DNA from: Lytechinus pictus
Taxonomy: Eukaryota
Length of the DNA stretch: 64,000 nt
Assembly (NCBI RefSeq): GCF_037042905.1
Contig: NC_087252.1
Coordinates: 13,580,001-13,644,000 of the forward strand
Direction of reading: 5' to 3'
The translations under genes were made by a program, and so were the position numbers. The notes under the pieces were generated by a model, which saw only the letters and a list, made by a program, of their open reading frames with translations, was not told where the DNA came from and did not search any database. Shown here one piece after another: positions 12,901-27,900 of this stretch (its first letter is position 1; every line of letters starts with the position of its first letter).

Positions 12901-15900
12901 AAGGCTTACGTATGGCCTGCAACACCTTAAATTTAGAGAAAACTGGATCTTTGCATCCTTGATCAATGAAAAGAACATAATAAATAGATGCTATTTTGAA
13001 TTCCAATATGGTTACCAAGTTTAAATGATGTACAACATTATAATGGTGAGTAAAACCCATTGTATAGGCACTGAAAACAAATCCAACACAACCACATCTT
13101 TGTCCGTTGCAAGGATAACAATAATTTGGCACCCTTAATTGCTGATATAGATGTTACGAAAGTATGAAGCACCATACATAAACAAACCAGCTAGCTTCTT
13201 CTGCAGTTACACATTTGAAGTGGCTTTGGTTGAATAATAACCAACCGGAACAATCATTTTCTGTTGACAGGCTGTAAATTATTTCTTCATATGATCTGCA
13301 GTATTGCACTTTGATATATCGACGGAGTGTGGGGTGCTTATTTCAAATATTGCTGGCCCTCGATCTGATCCCGAGTCATAAGCAAATGTCAGCCATCTTG
13401 AAATCCAAGATGGCTGCCATGAAAAAGATCATTGAAAAAAAATAACTTTATCTAGTATCACATAACGTATTATTTTTAAGTATGGCATCTAGGGATATTG
13501 AAAATGCCCCCAGTAATCTGTCCAATAGATATGCTGCAAAATGGCCACCATCTTGAAATCTGAAGAGGATCGACTGTAATGAAAACTAATCAAAATCATT
13601 TTCTTGGTTTTAAATAATTTGAGGCACTGCATTTTAGACATACAGGCAGGTTTTTGGCCTGCTGGTTTTAGAATATTGTTCCAATAATTGCAATATTTTA
13701 TTACAAATCAACATGAAGGAAACTGCTCCAGACTTGAAGTACTGATGGTTATAGTAGTATGATGATGATGATGATGAAATTAATATTAATGATGGATGAT
13801 AATACACATTTTATTGTTCAAAATAAAATTCAGTAACACTCGGCAGCAACTTAGCAGCGCCACATCGGACGTTGCTGTATCCCTTAAAAAGGGGAGTTCA
13901 CCCTGGAGAAAAGTTTGTTGTTAAAACAAAAGAAAATATGATATAAAAAAAATATTGGTGGATCCATCAAAGATATTGATATTCTAAGTTTTTGATTTGT
14001 GACGTCATATAGGCTACTGTACGAGCAGCTGCCCCATTATATTGTGTGATATAAAATGCATGGTTCATCATGGGTATTTTTTTTTCTTCTGGAGCGGGTG
14101 TGAAATTATTTGTTTGTTGATATACTGAGGGTTCAATAAAAAACATTTTCATTTTATTTGAGGAGGCTACATTTCATTGATTTTGTAGTATAAGAAACAT
14201 GGGGGAACTGCTTGCATCTGACGTCACAAATACACCAAATGAAATTCCAATAGTTTTTAAAATATTTGATGAAATTTCCTCAAACCTTCTATATTTTTTT
14301 CATTATATATTCTGTTATTGTTTCAATAAACTTTTAGTCAGGTTAAACTTTCCTTTTAATTCGTTGACCGACAAACAGGTTGGAAGCAACTCCCCTCTTT
14401 TAACATCTTTTGGTCTGATGCTGTCGGAGCTTGAACTCCCGATTGTGAGGCGAACATGCTCCCATTGTCAGATTGTCGAACACACGATGGATATCCAAAA
14501 ATGTCAAATTTCAAAATAATAACTACGTTATAATTATGATACTTGATTTATTTTAATGATTTTTTTTATGGCAGCCATCTTGGATTTCAAGATGGCTGCC
14601 ATAAATTGGATGAACATGACTGAATTCGAGAGAAGTCTATGGAGATCACAGGGCAATCCCAGTTGTGGGCGATGCCATCAAACTTAACACACATGTAGAA
14701 AGCAACTCGGACGCCAAAAGAAAGCTTATTTTCTTCTCTTTCGACTGATGATACCAGAGGCGTCGATCCTGGGGGGCAGGGGGGGGGGGGCGATCGCCCA
14801 ACCAATGAAAATATTGGGGGGGGGGCAAACATATCGTTTTGCCCCCCAATAATTCCGCATGTGCAAAAAAATAAAATAAGATTTTAATGTTACACAGAAA
14901 TCAGCAAGCGAGATTGAAAAACACAACTCGTTCTTTATTTAAAATCATGCTCAAAATGTCCGCTTTTCAGATTGGAATATAAAAATTTTCAGCTCGCGCT
15001 TCGGGCTTGCATCATTTCTGTAAAAGAAACCCATACTTTTAATGATTAATAGGTGAATAGAATGTCCCGTTTTCAGTTCTAAACCTCAAAATAACTCGCG
15101 CTTCGATTTGCAATAATCTTTTGTTGGATAGATCTTGTTCTTTATTAAAAACGTCCATTAAACTCAATTTTTTCTGATCGAAATATCTAGATTTTCAGCT
15201 CGCGCTTCGCGCTCGCATTCATTTGTTGGTGAGGTATGTGTCTCTATCTTATGAGTCTATATTACCGGTATATATTTATATATATAGGCATATATGTGTG
15301 TGTGTGTGTGTGTGAGTTTGTTTGTTTTGTGAGATCGAGCGCCTTTGGAAAGTTGATTTTATGATTTTGCCCCCCCCCCCCCAATCTGAAAAATGGATCG
15401 ACGCCCCTGGATGATACATATATTTTGATTACTTGAAAACACTTGGTTATTTACCATCTAATCAAAAGACACATTTTATTTCACCCAAGACCACAATAAT
15501 ATATGCACGTGCATAAGCCCGTTTTATACAGTATTCAATGGGGCTTCCACAATGTGCCTGAACCGCACGTTCCAGGTACGAATTTTGTGTTTCATTTTTA
15601 GCCATCGAACTTATGACGATATACATTGTTTAGCTCAAAATTTTACATTTTCTTGTCGTAAAATTATGAATTCCTCGAAATATAATTTGCAAGAGAAGTT
15701 CAGTTGTTGAAATATCATATCGTATGCGATATAGCTCCAATCGTTTTGCCTGTAAAACGGGAAATCTATGCAGTTTCAGACTCGTAGCAAGACGGATTGG
15801 CGATAGTACCATGACAAATCTGTGGGTGGAATAGTGTATTCCATGGAGGGTGAAATCAAGCTCATACAACAACGGTCACCCTTCGCACCCATTGTTCACC

Positions 15901-18900
15901 CGACATGTATATCTACCATGCACCCCTATTGATCTCATTCGACGTGTCTTTATGTATTGGTTATACGCTTAAGTGCACTCGAGAGTTTGCAGTGAAAGGG
16001 AGAAGAAATTTGGGGTCTTATTTTTCGATATACATGGCAGCCATCTTGGATTTCAAAATGGCGGCCGACCTGATGGTTCAATCACTTGGGGCCAGCAATA
16101 TTTTAAATCAGCACCCCGAATTAAGCCTATATGCCAAATTTCAATACCACAGTCCACATAAAACTCGAAAAATTATTGCAATAATATATCATGGCGGCCA
16201 TCTTGGATTTCAAGATGGTGGCCATTTTGCCTCTGACCAAATTGTCAAATTGCTGGGGACCGGCAATATTTGAAATCAGCGCCTCAAAATACCCAAACTG
16301 TGCCAAATTTTAGTGTCACATGTCATGTAAAACTCAAGAAAATGACATTTAAAGGGATCGTTTAACATTGTGAGAAGCTGATTTAAAAAATTCTCAAATT
16401 AAGATGAATTATGTTTATGAGTTTATGTACTTGTTCTAAGAAACCCTGGAAATCATCTTTGTTTTGAATGAAAAGTTGTTAGTAGGTAGGTAAATGTGAT
16501 TATATTAGAACTCGTCTACTAGACGATCTCCCAAATTACTGTGACATCCCGATTTGAAAATAAAATTGTATGCCTCCCTCTGCGTTGAGATCGTAACGGA
16601 CACGCAAGCGAGAACTGTCAATCAACCAACAGTGAATGGGGGCAAGGCCGCTCCGGCCGGCATGCACTGAGAATTGTAAACATTACATGCAGCGCATGTT
16701 CTCTGCTGGCTCGTTTCTGTGCCTTGACGGTTCTAGTCGAAGCAGAGAAAGTATTATGAAAGAAGAAAAACAGATTCTGATAGCGCAACGAAAGATATGT
16801 ACAGACCATCTAAGATAAGAAAAATGCAGACTTACTGACTCCTTGCCGGGATGGTAGTAACGTGGCAAATTTGGGGCGATGTACTTTAATATTACATGAA
16901 GATAAAGCGAAAGTGTAGCACCATAATAAAATATGTGCGATCCAGAACATCATACATGTACTTGAGAATAGAATAAGAACATGTGGTCTCTCGAGCTCTG
17001 CGTGTGTCGTGAGCTGAGGCATGGACCATGGCTAGCTGAGGGAAGGATGGCTTTATCCCATGCGTGAACGTTTCGTTGTTTATGTGGGTATGCAAATGAC
17101 TTGGTATTACGTAAGACTCTTCCCATATCGCTCGAAAAATGAACATAATACAGGACATTCATTTTTAATTGTGCAGTCACATGATTATAACATTTCATTT
17201 ATTCAAGACTGTTTCTCTAATGGGCCGAGCACCTTTTTGAGAGCAGTAATCAAAACTTGTGTAGTAAATCTGCCATATTTTACTCACGTATGCACTCCCT
17301 TCCTTTGAACGCGAGGTCCTTTCTTCTTCTTTTGCTTGACAAATTTTTGGCGAAATACCTTTAGATTGTAAATTTTTAGATGAAAACCTTTTTTTTTTTT
17401 TTTTTTTGCTTTTCAAAATTTTCTCATGAATTATGTCTCCTCCCTTTAGAAAAACCTGGATCCACCCCTGCACAACGTAAAGCTGCCCCCCCCCTCCAAC
17501 ACATAACTGCACAGCCCAACAACCAATGTAACGAACATTTTTATAATAATTATATAAAAAGATTTGGTGCAGCATAAAATATATAAAATATAAAGGTATA
17601 TGCTGGGGATAAAAAGGACATAAAAATAATTGCATGATTCTGTGGCCGGCGGCGAAAGCATAAAAATATTAGATTCTGGATTGGCGGTGTTCCGGCGGTG
17701 TTGAAGAATGATCTTCCGCCGCCAGTGCCAGAATGTATATTTTTACGTACTTCGGGGGGGGGGGGGTAAGAAATATTTCCATCCACATTTCTTCCACATC
17801 GGCTGATAAATGCTCAATTATTATCATTTAGGGGGGGTGTCCCATGCAACTAAAGTCTGAATTTTTAAGTACATCGTAGCTTTATTCTTACAATCATGGA
17901 CCTACTATGGCCTAAATTAATGATGCGAGCGCGAAGCGCGCAAGGTAATGTTTATTTTTATATTTCGCCTTGAAAAGAAATATAGGAGCGCGAACTTTTT
18001 TTATGAACATGAACATCTTAAACGGGTCATTCTACTCACTTTTGGTAATCACGCAGGGTATGTTCATCTTAAACAATTCGATTTGATTTATTGTTCTCGT
18101 AAATGCGTATTAGCATTTTCATAACAAAAGAAACATAATATCGTTTAAAATTTTGGCATGAATAATAGAGTGTACTTATTATAAATATGATTCAACCCAC
18201 ACACACCAAATGATCCACACCCAACATATTACGATATTAACAATTAGCAGGATCGAGGATTGTCATTATAAGCACATTGTTTGGAAAAAAATAACTGAAA
18301 ACCCGAGATTCAAACTTATTATATTGCATTGATTATACAACAGAATGGTGCGAGCTCGGAGCACGAAGAACGAGTTGAAAATTATTAATATTTTGACATG
18401 AAGAGCTGAATCGGGTCATTCTAATCAAATACGGTCTTATGGTAAGTATAAAGTTTATACGCCAAGCGAGCTGATATTTGTTGAAATTAAGATCTTAATA
18501 CGAAACATTGTATAAACTGTTTTGGAATATTGCTGCATATTTTCCTGAATAATGATAAGAGCGCATGTAAAACGCAAACTGATTTTTTTTTAAAGTATAT
18601 TCGCGATTGATTTTTTTTGTATAATGATTTCTACTTTTTCTGTTTTCAAATCGTTCCTCTTTTCTTATTTCATTCACTTTTCTTCTTCTTATATCCTTTC
18701 TTATCGTTCCTCTCTATTTCCCCTTTCTCTAGGCATAGATAGCAAAGCCCCAAGAAACTCCAGAATCCTGAGACGTCCAGATGGTATTTTGTACAAAAAA
18801 ATGAAGTCACCAATCTAAAAATGTCACTTTAATCCGATTTTAAAAAATGTGGAAAGACACATGCAGGGTTCGGCGACAGGGCATATAAAGTTTAGGAATA

Positions 18901-21900
18901 AAATAGAGAAATGCCAGTAAACGCAAAGAGTTGAATTTGAAAAGTTTTTCGATTTTATATTAAAATCCTACATTTTTATTTCAATAGCATGTTCGTGATA
19001 TTACTTATAACCCCTTATAACATTGCATTATGAAGGGTTATATATAGATATTCCCGTGATGCACATCAGTGTTTCCACTCCTCCCGAAATTCCGAAAATT
19101 TCGGGAAATTTTACCTTTTCCAGGAAAGGTTCCGAATGAAACAAATCCATGCAGGAAATTTCGGGAAATCCAAAGATTACAAGTAAACAATAATTAAACA
19201 TAACAACTGTCAACATTCATGTTATATTTTTTAAATTGTTTGCTGAAAGTTTCGGCTGGCTACATTTTTGTACAATTTTTGTTAAAATCAAACTAAAAAT
19301 TCTAGGAAATGTCTATAAATTCGAGAAGTTTGTTTTGGATCTGTGGAAACACCGATGCACATGGCCTTTGTAAGCGGGGGTGCTAAATCACCTCCAATAT
19401 TTATATGGGGGTGATGTACAGGTTTGATCCAAACACCTTCATTTTGGTGCGGAAAACAAACTTTTTATTTTTTATTGTATGATTATTTTGCTTTAAATTT
19501 TAAGTATTTTCCTTTGTCAAAACTGCTATTTTGGTATTATTGGTTTTAGTAAACATGTAATATTCATCTTTTTCTTATTTTTATTTTCACAGTTGTCCTT
19601 TCTTTTCTTTTTTCTTTCTTTCTTTCTTTCTTTCCCTCTTCCTTTTAAGGGGGTAACTACCCCACTTATCTAAAATTTAGGAGGGCGTGCCCCTTCCCCT
19701 CGCTTCCATTTATCGCTACCTTTCCCATTCCCTTTGTTAGTCTGGTAACCTTATTTCGACGTCAAAGAGTCCACTCTATTGTTCTACAACACAACGAACA
19801 TGACTAAAGAAAGAAAATTGGGAGAGAGAAGTAAAATGAAAGGATCTGAAAACGAAAATAAAACGACGTGTGACCAGGTTGAATTCTCTTATTCACAAAG
19901 TGCAACACTGGACATGGAGGAATGGGGGGTCTGGACATGTGATTTTTGAAATCTTGAAATGAAAATCATTACATCATTATGGAATATAAACAGGGGAAAA
20001 GACAAACAAGAACATAGCAGACATTTTCGTTTCTAATATTAAAATGTCCTTTATTTTTTCTCCTATTTCTTGTCTTGTCCAAGGTTGGAGGTTGGTTGCT
20101 AGCGACCCCCTCCCTTCACGCTAGCGCATTTACACACTGACGAGGCGGATCGGAGAGATGAAATCATATATCTCCAGAATGGACGATGAAAAAAAATTAA
20201 AATTATTGAAAGGGGGAGCGGGAACGCTATAGATTATGCCTATACCTGCGGCCCCCTAAAAAAAAAATGGAGACGAGGGAAGTGGAAGGGGCGATTAGCG
20301 TATAAGTTCTAAGTAATGATAATAATAGTAATAAAATAATATGATATTTATATAGCACACGTGTCCATCTTTTTAGGTGCTCAAGGTGCCCATGTATTAT
20401 TATCACTGCTTGATTCGTGTGATCAAAACGAACATACCTATAATCCTTTATTTGAGCCCCTCCCCCGCGCGAACGAAAAACACTACGAACTTCCACAACC
20501 ATGCAAGGGAGAGGGGGGGGGGGAAGTGGTGTTCATTTTCAAAAGTGATTATATTATTTTATTTTTTGCTCACGAGCTACACTCCATCGTAAATGTTCAA
20601 AATGTTTGTCGGTATAGCCCTTGATTCTAATATCGGTAACGTGTACCGACGTCAGCTATACGACCATGAGTCTTGGAAGTGTTCAACACTCTCCTCAGTC
20701 ACATTTTCTTCCACCATACCCAGGGCAGTACAGGCTTTCATCAGTTAAAGGTAGGGGTGGGAATTATCATTCACACTTTCCCGATAGGCCGCCAAAATAA
20801 TTTTTTTTTTTTTTTTTTTTTTTTTTTTGGGGGGGGGGCATTATTCACGTTATTATTTATTTATTTATTCATTTATATATTAGAGGGCTTGACCTAATTA
20901 AAGATCGAAGTTCTAATACAGTCTTATCTTACCTTATCTCATGAGGTCTAAATATATCACATGCAAGCTAAATTTATTGTATATTTTTATTTAGAACTGA
21001 GAATTGAATATTCTGGGCAGTTATTGTAATCATGAAGAAGATGCGTATCTAACGAAAAGATTCGTGCGAGCGCGAAACACAGAAGTAATTTTTAATATAC
21101 TCACCTACAAAAGTATTCGTTTTGCAGTGACTCATGAATGTACATGTAATACAAATCTCACCAATCAATAAAATGCGAGAGCGAGTTGTACATTTTCAAT
21201 ATCTGGGACAGAAAAATGTATATTCGAATCACATTTTCAACCATAAATTGGATGGATATATAAGCATAACTTTATGATGCGAGCGTGCATGAAGCGCGAA
21301 CAGAAATTCTAATTTTCCGCCCGAAACTCGGACAATCTAAGCACTTTTTCTGTCATGTACAATATGAGTATTATTGAGAACTGAACATGTTAACCACGTT
21401 TTGAAATCATAACCAGGATGAGTATGTAATCAAACAATTAATGCGAGCGCGAAGCGCGAGCTGATTATTTTTTTTTTAATTCAGATCTAAAAACTGGAAA
21501 GTTCAAGTCCGTTTTTTATTTAAAGAAGAAACGTCATATTAGAGAATTAGACGCGAGGTGATTTTCCCCCTGGATTTAGACCTAAAACAAGATATAAAAA
21601 GCAATGGAACCATGAACAGAATGGCTATATATATATATATATATATAACTCAACAATCGATTAGAGCGCGGAGCGCAAGCTGATATTTCTTCCGACATGA
21701 AAAGTGGACTTTATTACATGGCGTATCTAGCCGGGGCGGCAATGGAGGCACGTGCCCCGGGTGCTACTATCAGTGGTACAAAAACGGGAGATAGATGCAA
21801 AGAAAGAAAGGAAAAAAATGAATAGAAAAAGCAAAGGAATTAAGACGCTGAACAAAGGAATACCGCTGACGGTAATACCCCCGTTCTCTGTACCATTAAT

Positions 21901-24900
21901 GCACTTTTCAACATAAAAAAATTATCTTGCATGTCTTTACCCAGGGATGAATATTCGTGCAACTTTTAATTAGTGATATACTTATATTCTCTCCATGAAT
22001 TCCAACAAACACTCCTTATAAAAAAAAATAGTTTTTCAAACTCAAATGTCATAACTTTTCATCTATAGCTACGAGTTTGCATTAGTTTTATTCTTTTCTT
22101 TTCATTAATTCTTGCAAACAGTTCGAAAATATAATTTTCTGGTTTGTCAAAGCTTCTCACCACACTCTGATTTTGATGAGGGAGATAAAAACTCTCCATT
22201 AGACATTTTTAGGTGAGGATATACAAAATATCATCTCGCGCTTCGCGCTCACATTAGGGCCTACCCCGATGAGATACGTATCCTTTTCATGAATTCCTAC
22301 AAAAAGCCCCTAAAATTATCCATGCTTTGATTTCCTCCCGATTAGATTTTTCAAACTCATTGTTCTTTAACCTCCCACAAAAAGATTGGACAAAACTTCA
22401 ACGTCTACAAAACTCTGCTGCCCGTCTCCTAACATACACTAAAAAGTATGACTCCATCTCGCCAATCCTCCAGTCCTTACATTGGCTGCCTGTTGATAAA
22501 AGAATCTCCTTCAAAATTATTTTACTATTATTCAATTTATTCTCTCTTCCCCCACATATCTCCGCAGCTCTATCTCAAAATATCAGCCTTCACGCAGTCT
22601 CCGCTCATCATTCTGATGCTCTATTGCTCCAGACACCCAGAACCAAACACAAATGGGGGGATGCATTCTCTGTTATAGGACCAAAGCTATGGAATCGATT
22701 GCCTATCCAATTACGCCAAATTTTCATCAACAGAAACATTCAAGTCCCAGTGAAAACTTAATTTTGATCTCCCATTAACATTCAGGAGAATTCAAATTCT
22801 ATTCTTTTTCGTTTTCTATTGTTGTTGGGTGTTGTGTTTATTTTTCTACAAGCGCCATGAGCACCGAAAGGTGGACGCGTGCGCTATATAAGAAGCCACC
22901 AATATTATTATTATTATTGTTATTATTATTATTATAATCATTATCATTATCATCATTATTATTAAGATTTCCCCTCAATATTAATTTTTCAGCTCGCCCC
23001 TCGTGCTTGCATGAAATGCTTAATTAGACAAGCATCGATATGTCCCGATTGTAGGTCTCAATATCAATAATTTTCGGCTCGCGCTTCGCGAATGCGTTCA
23101 TTGTCTGGATATGCATCATGTTAATTATTACAAAAAGTGCTTAGAATATTCCTTTTTAAGATCTTAATACTGAAAATAATAGGCACGTGCTTAGCGCTCG
23201 CATACGTTGTTTTCGTTAGATACGCATCATTTTCATGATAAAAAAACCCTGGACTAGAATATTATGTTTTATTTTGACTGGTCGAGTGCAGAGTATATAC
23301 ACAATAGACCTATATTTTGAAAGGGGTGCGATTTTAGCACTTGCCCGGGCCTCGTTTGTTCTATATAGATACGCCACTGTGGACATGGTGGACATTAAAT
23401 TAAACAATGCGAGCGAATAGCGCGAGCTGAATATTATTATGGCCCGACAACTGGACATTCTAAGCAGGTTTTTTTTAATGTAAATATCAAATTATATGTA
23501 CCTCAGTAAACAATAATTGCGAGCGCGAAGCACAATAAGCTATTTTTTACATGTAGACATAAAAACTAGACATTCCTTTTGCACTTCTTGTAATAATGAA
23601 TACGAAGGGTATATCATGCTCAACAATATATATATATTTTTTTATATAATTGATCATGACTGGACGTTGTAAAACAATAAAGAACAAGCTGTTTGTAGCG
23701 CGAACTAAATTTACTGACATAAAAGTGAATATTTCAAAAGTGCTGCCCAACACGTAAGAAACTTGTGAAGATGAAAATGGAACAGTCTGAATGATGCGAG
23801 CGCGAAGCGCGAGCTAACAATAATATTTTGGCGACTGGGACATATGGCCGGGCAATTTTAATCACTGTACGTAAAAAAGAATGGGCTTGATTGTAAGGCG
23901 ATTTAGACCTAAAACCTATATACATTCAAATCTCTCTCGGAACATGAAGCAATTAATTAGAACCGCCCTGTGTGACAGTATATTCTAATCACTGTCGGTA
24001 TAGCATATATATACACGGAGTAATGGAACATTCCTTCGTGACCCAACAGTTATATCATTTTTCCGGTAGGCGTCAGTCCGACAGCCTCTTTTCTTTTCAT
24101 TTTTTTTCTTTCCTTCTTCCACTTTTCTTCTTTCTCTTCTTCCCCATCCTCACTTCTATTTTCCCCCTCTCCCCCTTACCCCGACATGGGAGGGGGGGGG
24201 GGTCATACCCTGTTAGAGACGGCCTTTCAATATCGACGGAAATACAATTATGCTCATTCACAAGAATTTGTTTTAAAATACACGAATTTAAGTGTATTGT
24301 TATGTGATAGTTGTGGTGATGATGTATGACTAATTGTTCCATGGAATTTGAATGTTTCAGTGATTGGATCGAGCAGAAAAGGGAACTTTCGTGATTGATA
24401 ACGTTTGACTAATTACACTATTTCATTTTTCATTATTTTCCCCAAATGAATGATATCATGAGGATATATTATTTTACATTTGTTTTATATTGATTTGTTA
24501 TACTCGTATTTATTAGAAATTTTCATATTGTAATGCTAATTTAATTAATTTATTTTTAGGGACCCCGGGGAAGAACAGGTTGGCTATCAATAGCCAATAT
24601 GAAACGGGTCTATCCCTACGATTCTGTATTACATGCATTGTAAGCTTCATTACTGTTATATTGTTAATTTGTTATATTGTTTTTTTTTATTATTTGATTA
24701 TGTAATGTTATTTTGTTTATATTTATGCATTTTTTTAATCGTGAATAAAACCATGCAACCAACCAACCAATATAAACAATACCAGATCGAAGGTAAAGGA
24801 TGCTTCATATACGCTGAGGTTTCATATAAATTGTATGAAGAAAATCAATAACCAATTTACAGGTTTTCAGGTAAACGAGCTAGAAAAGAACACAAAACAC

Positions 24901-27900
24901 TATTTTCACGTAAGGTTCATATAGTAATCAGGGATGTGTAAAAAAAAATCAGACTTCTTTTTTACTGTAAAGAATTTACGGGAGGATCGAGAGAGGGGAA
25001 GCAGAAGAAAAGAAAAGAGCGGCCGAAAGAAATGGAAAATGTAAAAGAAAAGTGATATGATTTGAAAGATGCCATGAGCGGATTATATGGCGGAGAAACT
25101 GAAAGAATTATTGACCCCAATCATGGATAAAATTAAATACGATTCCTACCCCCTACAAAAAAACCATTCAAAAAAAAAAAACAACAACAACAAAGTTTAT
25201 GGATAATAATTTGTAGGTCTAATAGTCATTATAGTCCGGGGTCTAGGAGTTGAGATGTTTTTGGGTTTGCAACTACCCTATCTACCACGTTCCAAAATAA
25301 AGTCCAAAACGGATAGGCCCCGATCGATCGGAGGGGGGGGGGGGGAATACGTTGATCATGTTGATCATATAGTTTCTCCCCGGGAGTTTCTCATAAGCAT
25401 CTTACGTGAAGATAGGCCTACCGAAGATTTTGATGGGATGGGAAATCCGGGATGGGAATATCTTTGTTTAGTTGGGGGAGCTCGTGGAGAACGTAAAAAA
25501 ACACACACACACACACACAAAAAAAACACGATGGTGGATGTTTCCATGCCAGGGGGGGGGGGGGGGAGAAGGAGAGGTCACTGCCTTTATTCCGAGTTCC
25601 TACCCAGCTATGCCCCGTGCATGTAAACATGCACATGATGATACACGAAGGCCTGTGACTACGTGGACGTAACATGACCAGAGTGGAGTTCGGATACATA
25701 TTACAGCTCCATGCATTACATGGAGCTATATTGCATTCTCTTCTCGAACCAGTCGACGGACGTTTGCTATATCGTGACCAGGTAAAAGAGAATTATCAAC
25801 AACCACAAGGATATCTTGTAGTGCATGCAAAGGTAAACTAAAGAAAAAAACAGAGGGGATTTTTTTTTTTTTTGGGGGGGGGGGCACAATATAGCTTCTG
25901 GAAAATCACGCTCCATCCCCGGCCCCCATGATCCACAAAAAAAAACTACTACTACTCTACACTGTAGATCCGAGATTGTATTTGTAGCCCCGGTTTGTCG
26001 CGTTCTTTTCTGTTGTTGTCGTTTTATTTGCTACTAATTTACGTCGCCAGAATATAAATTCATCAAAGTCCCATGGTCTGTAAGTCTACAAAGTTCATTA
26101 TGAGGCATACATGTAGCATATTCAAATGTACAGACCACAGACGGAATGGACATTCACGAGTTCGACACAGTTTGACAGTATGATCATGGACCTATGATAT
26201 TCCCCCAATGTTATGCACAAGCGACACACATAGCTACACCTTTTCACACAGGCAATAAGCAACGCACATGCATCGATCGCTTATCGCACACACCGAGCGG
26301 AGACACAGAAAAAACCCAAAACAAACTAACTTCGCCCACAGATCACGCAAGAAGCGAAATTCCCCGTGGTAAGCTCCGCCTACTTTCTTGCATACATCAC
26401 AAGGTGGCGCTATATAATATCGATTTAAATTGGAAACGGAATCATGAATCAACCGTCGAGAAGTGCATTTTTCTCTTCAAACATTGCCTCAGATTTTCAG
26501 TTTTTAAAAACACTTCCCGAACATGTTATGATCCCAAATTTTCACATGGGTATTTTTGAGCTGTTAGTCAAATGTTCATACCATTTTCAAAAAGCAATAT
26601 GATAATTTTTTAAATTGCTCACAAAGTGAAACAATCCCTTTAATGATTTTTCATGGCGGCCATCTTGGACTTCAAAATGGCGGCCGATCCGATGGTCAAA
26701 TCACTTGGGGCCGGCAATTTTTGAAATCAGCACCCCAAATTAGGCCTTTATGCCAAATTTCAAGACCGCAGTTCATATAAAACTCGAGAAAATGATTGCA
26801 ATAATATATCATGGCGGCCATCTTGGATTTCAAGATGGCGGCCATTTTGCCGCCGGACAAATGGTCAAATTGCTGGGGGCCGGCAATATTTGAAATCAGT
26901 GCCTCAAAATACCCATATATGCCAAATTTCAGTGTCACATGCCATGTAAAACTCAAGAAAATGACATTTAATGATTTTTCATGGCGGCCATCTTGGATTT
27001 CAAAATGGCGGCCGATCCGATGGTCAAATCACTTGAGGCCGGCAATTTTTGAAATCAGCACCCCAAATTAGGCCTACATGCCAAATTTCAAGACCGCAGT
27101 TCATATAAAACTCGAGAAAATGATTGCAATAATATATCATGGCGGCCATCTTGGATTTCAAGATGGCGGCCATTTTGCCGCCGGCCAAATGGTCAAATTG
27201 CTGGGGACCGGCAATATTTGAAATCAGTGCCTCAAAATACCCATATATGCCTAATTTCAGTGTCACATGCCATGTAAAACTCAAGAAAATGACATTTAAT
27301 GATTTTTCATGGCGGCCATCTTGGATTTCAAAATGGCGGCCAACCCGATGGTCAAATCGCTTGGGGCCGGCAATTTTTGAAATCAGCGCCCAAAAATACC
27401 CCTGTATGCCAAATTTCACACTTTCTGCCAGATCCGAGCATCTTGGCCATTTTTTGTCACATAACCGCTCCACTAAGTAGTACTTTAACATTACCACAAA
27501 CAAATTGAGGGTCATCGTTTGTTTGGACAGCAGGTTGAAACGCGTTATGAAAATGGCTGATTTTCTATCATGGAATTGCTCTTAAAATTGGTTTTTCATA
27601 ATCTTGCATTAAAATCTCGTTGGCCTATGTGTAAACTCCATACTTGATTACGAATTGTCCCGCTCTATCTCCCCTTCTCTCCTACACTGGGGTGTAGAAA
27701 CCTTCACCAGTTGGTGTCCCTAGATTCCCACGATACACTAGAGTTTGAACACATAACATAACAAAGAGTGTTAAAGTAGCTCACAATGGTGTTGTAATGA
27801 CACACATGTGTGTTGAACTAATATTAGTAAGACTGGATACTTAACACCTGAGTGAAATGACGGATGTGGTCATCAGTACCAAGGTTAGGTCCACGGTTTG

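Larger units (their letters stand above)
17920..23830. repeat. Clusters of the dispersed motif gcgagcgcgaagcgcgagctga (subterminal repeats of hAT-type non-autonomous elements)
   Basis: Many copies on both strands at ~17920-18480, 21060-21690 and 22235-23820. The same motif lies inside the hAT MITEs at 14755, 28454 and 56919. Confidence 0.65.
16353..26639. mobile_element. 10.3-kb TTAA-specific (Kolobok-like) element nested in the right arm of the Academ-like element
   Basis: TIRs agggatcgtttaacattgtgag / ctcacaaagtgaaacaatccct with TTAA duplicated (16349-16352, 26640-26643). Removing it restores the host unit aatgacatTTAAtgatttttcatggcggcc, which is seen intact at ~26960. Confidence 0.85.
11902..27475. 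mobile_element. 15.6-kb Academ-like DNA transposon derivative with long inverted subterminal tandem arrays and nested insertions
   Basis: Termini TAGT...ACTA flanked by an AGT 3-bp duplication (11899-11901, 27476-27478). The left array (11930-12890) is the inverse of the right array (16020-16352 + 26640-27450). TAG..CTA ends with a 3-bp TSD are typical of Academ. Confidence 0.7.

Noticed and set aside
11878..12902. Repeated 'KMAAILKSKMAA' ORFs (also at 15905-16273 and 26696-27515), superficially like a repeat protein or CRISPR array
   Set aside because: They are by-products of a 328-bp transposon subterminal repeat. There are no unique spacers or cas genes, and the context is eukaryotic.
14625..14745. 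Peptide REVYGDHRAIPVVGD as a possible Academ transposase remnant
   Set aside because: Too short, with no extended ORF, so it cannot be supported without a profile search.
25711..25781. Phase-2 exon candidate (MHYMELYCILFSNQSTDVCYIVT) that could splice to the death exon at 27976
   Set aside because: It lies inside the nested transposon, and the exon chain at 9956-10659 explains the phase more simply.
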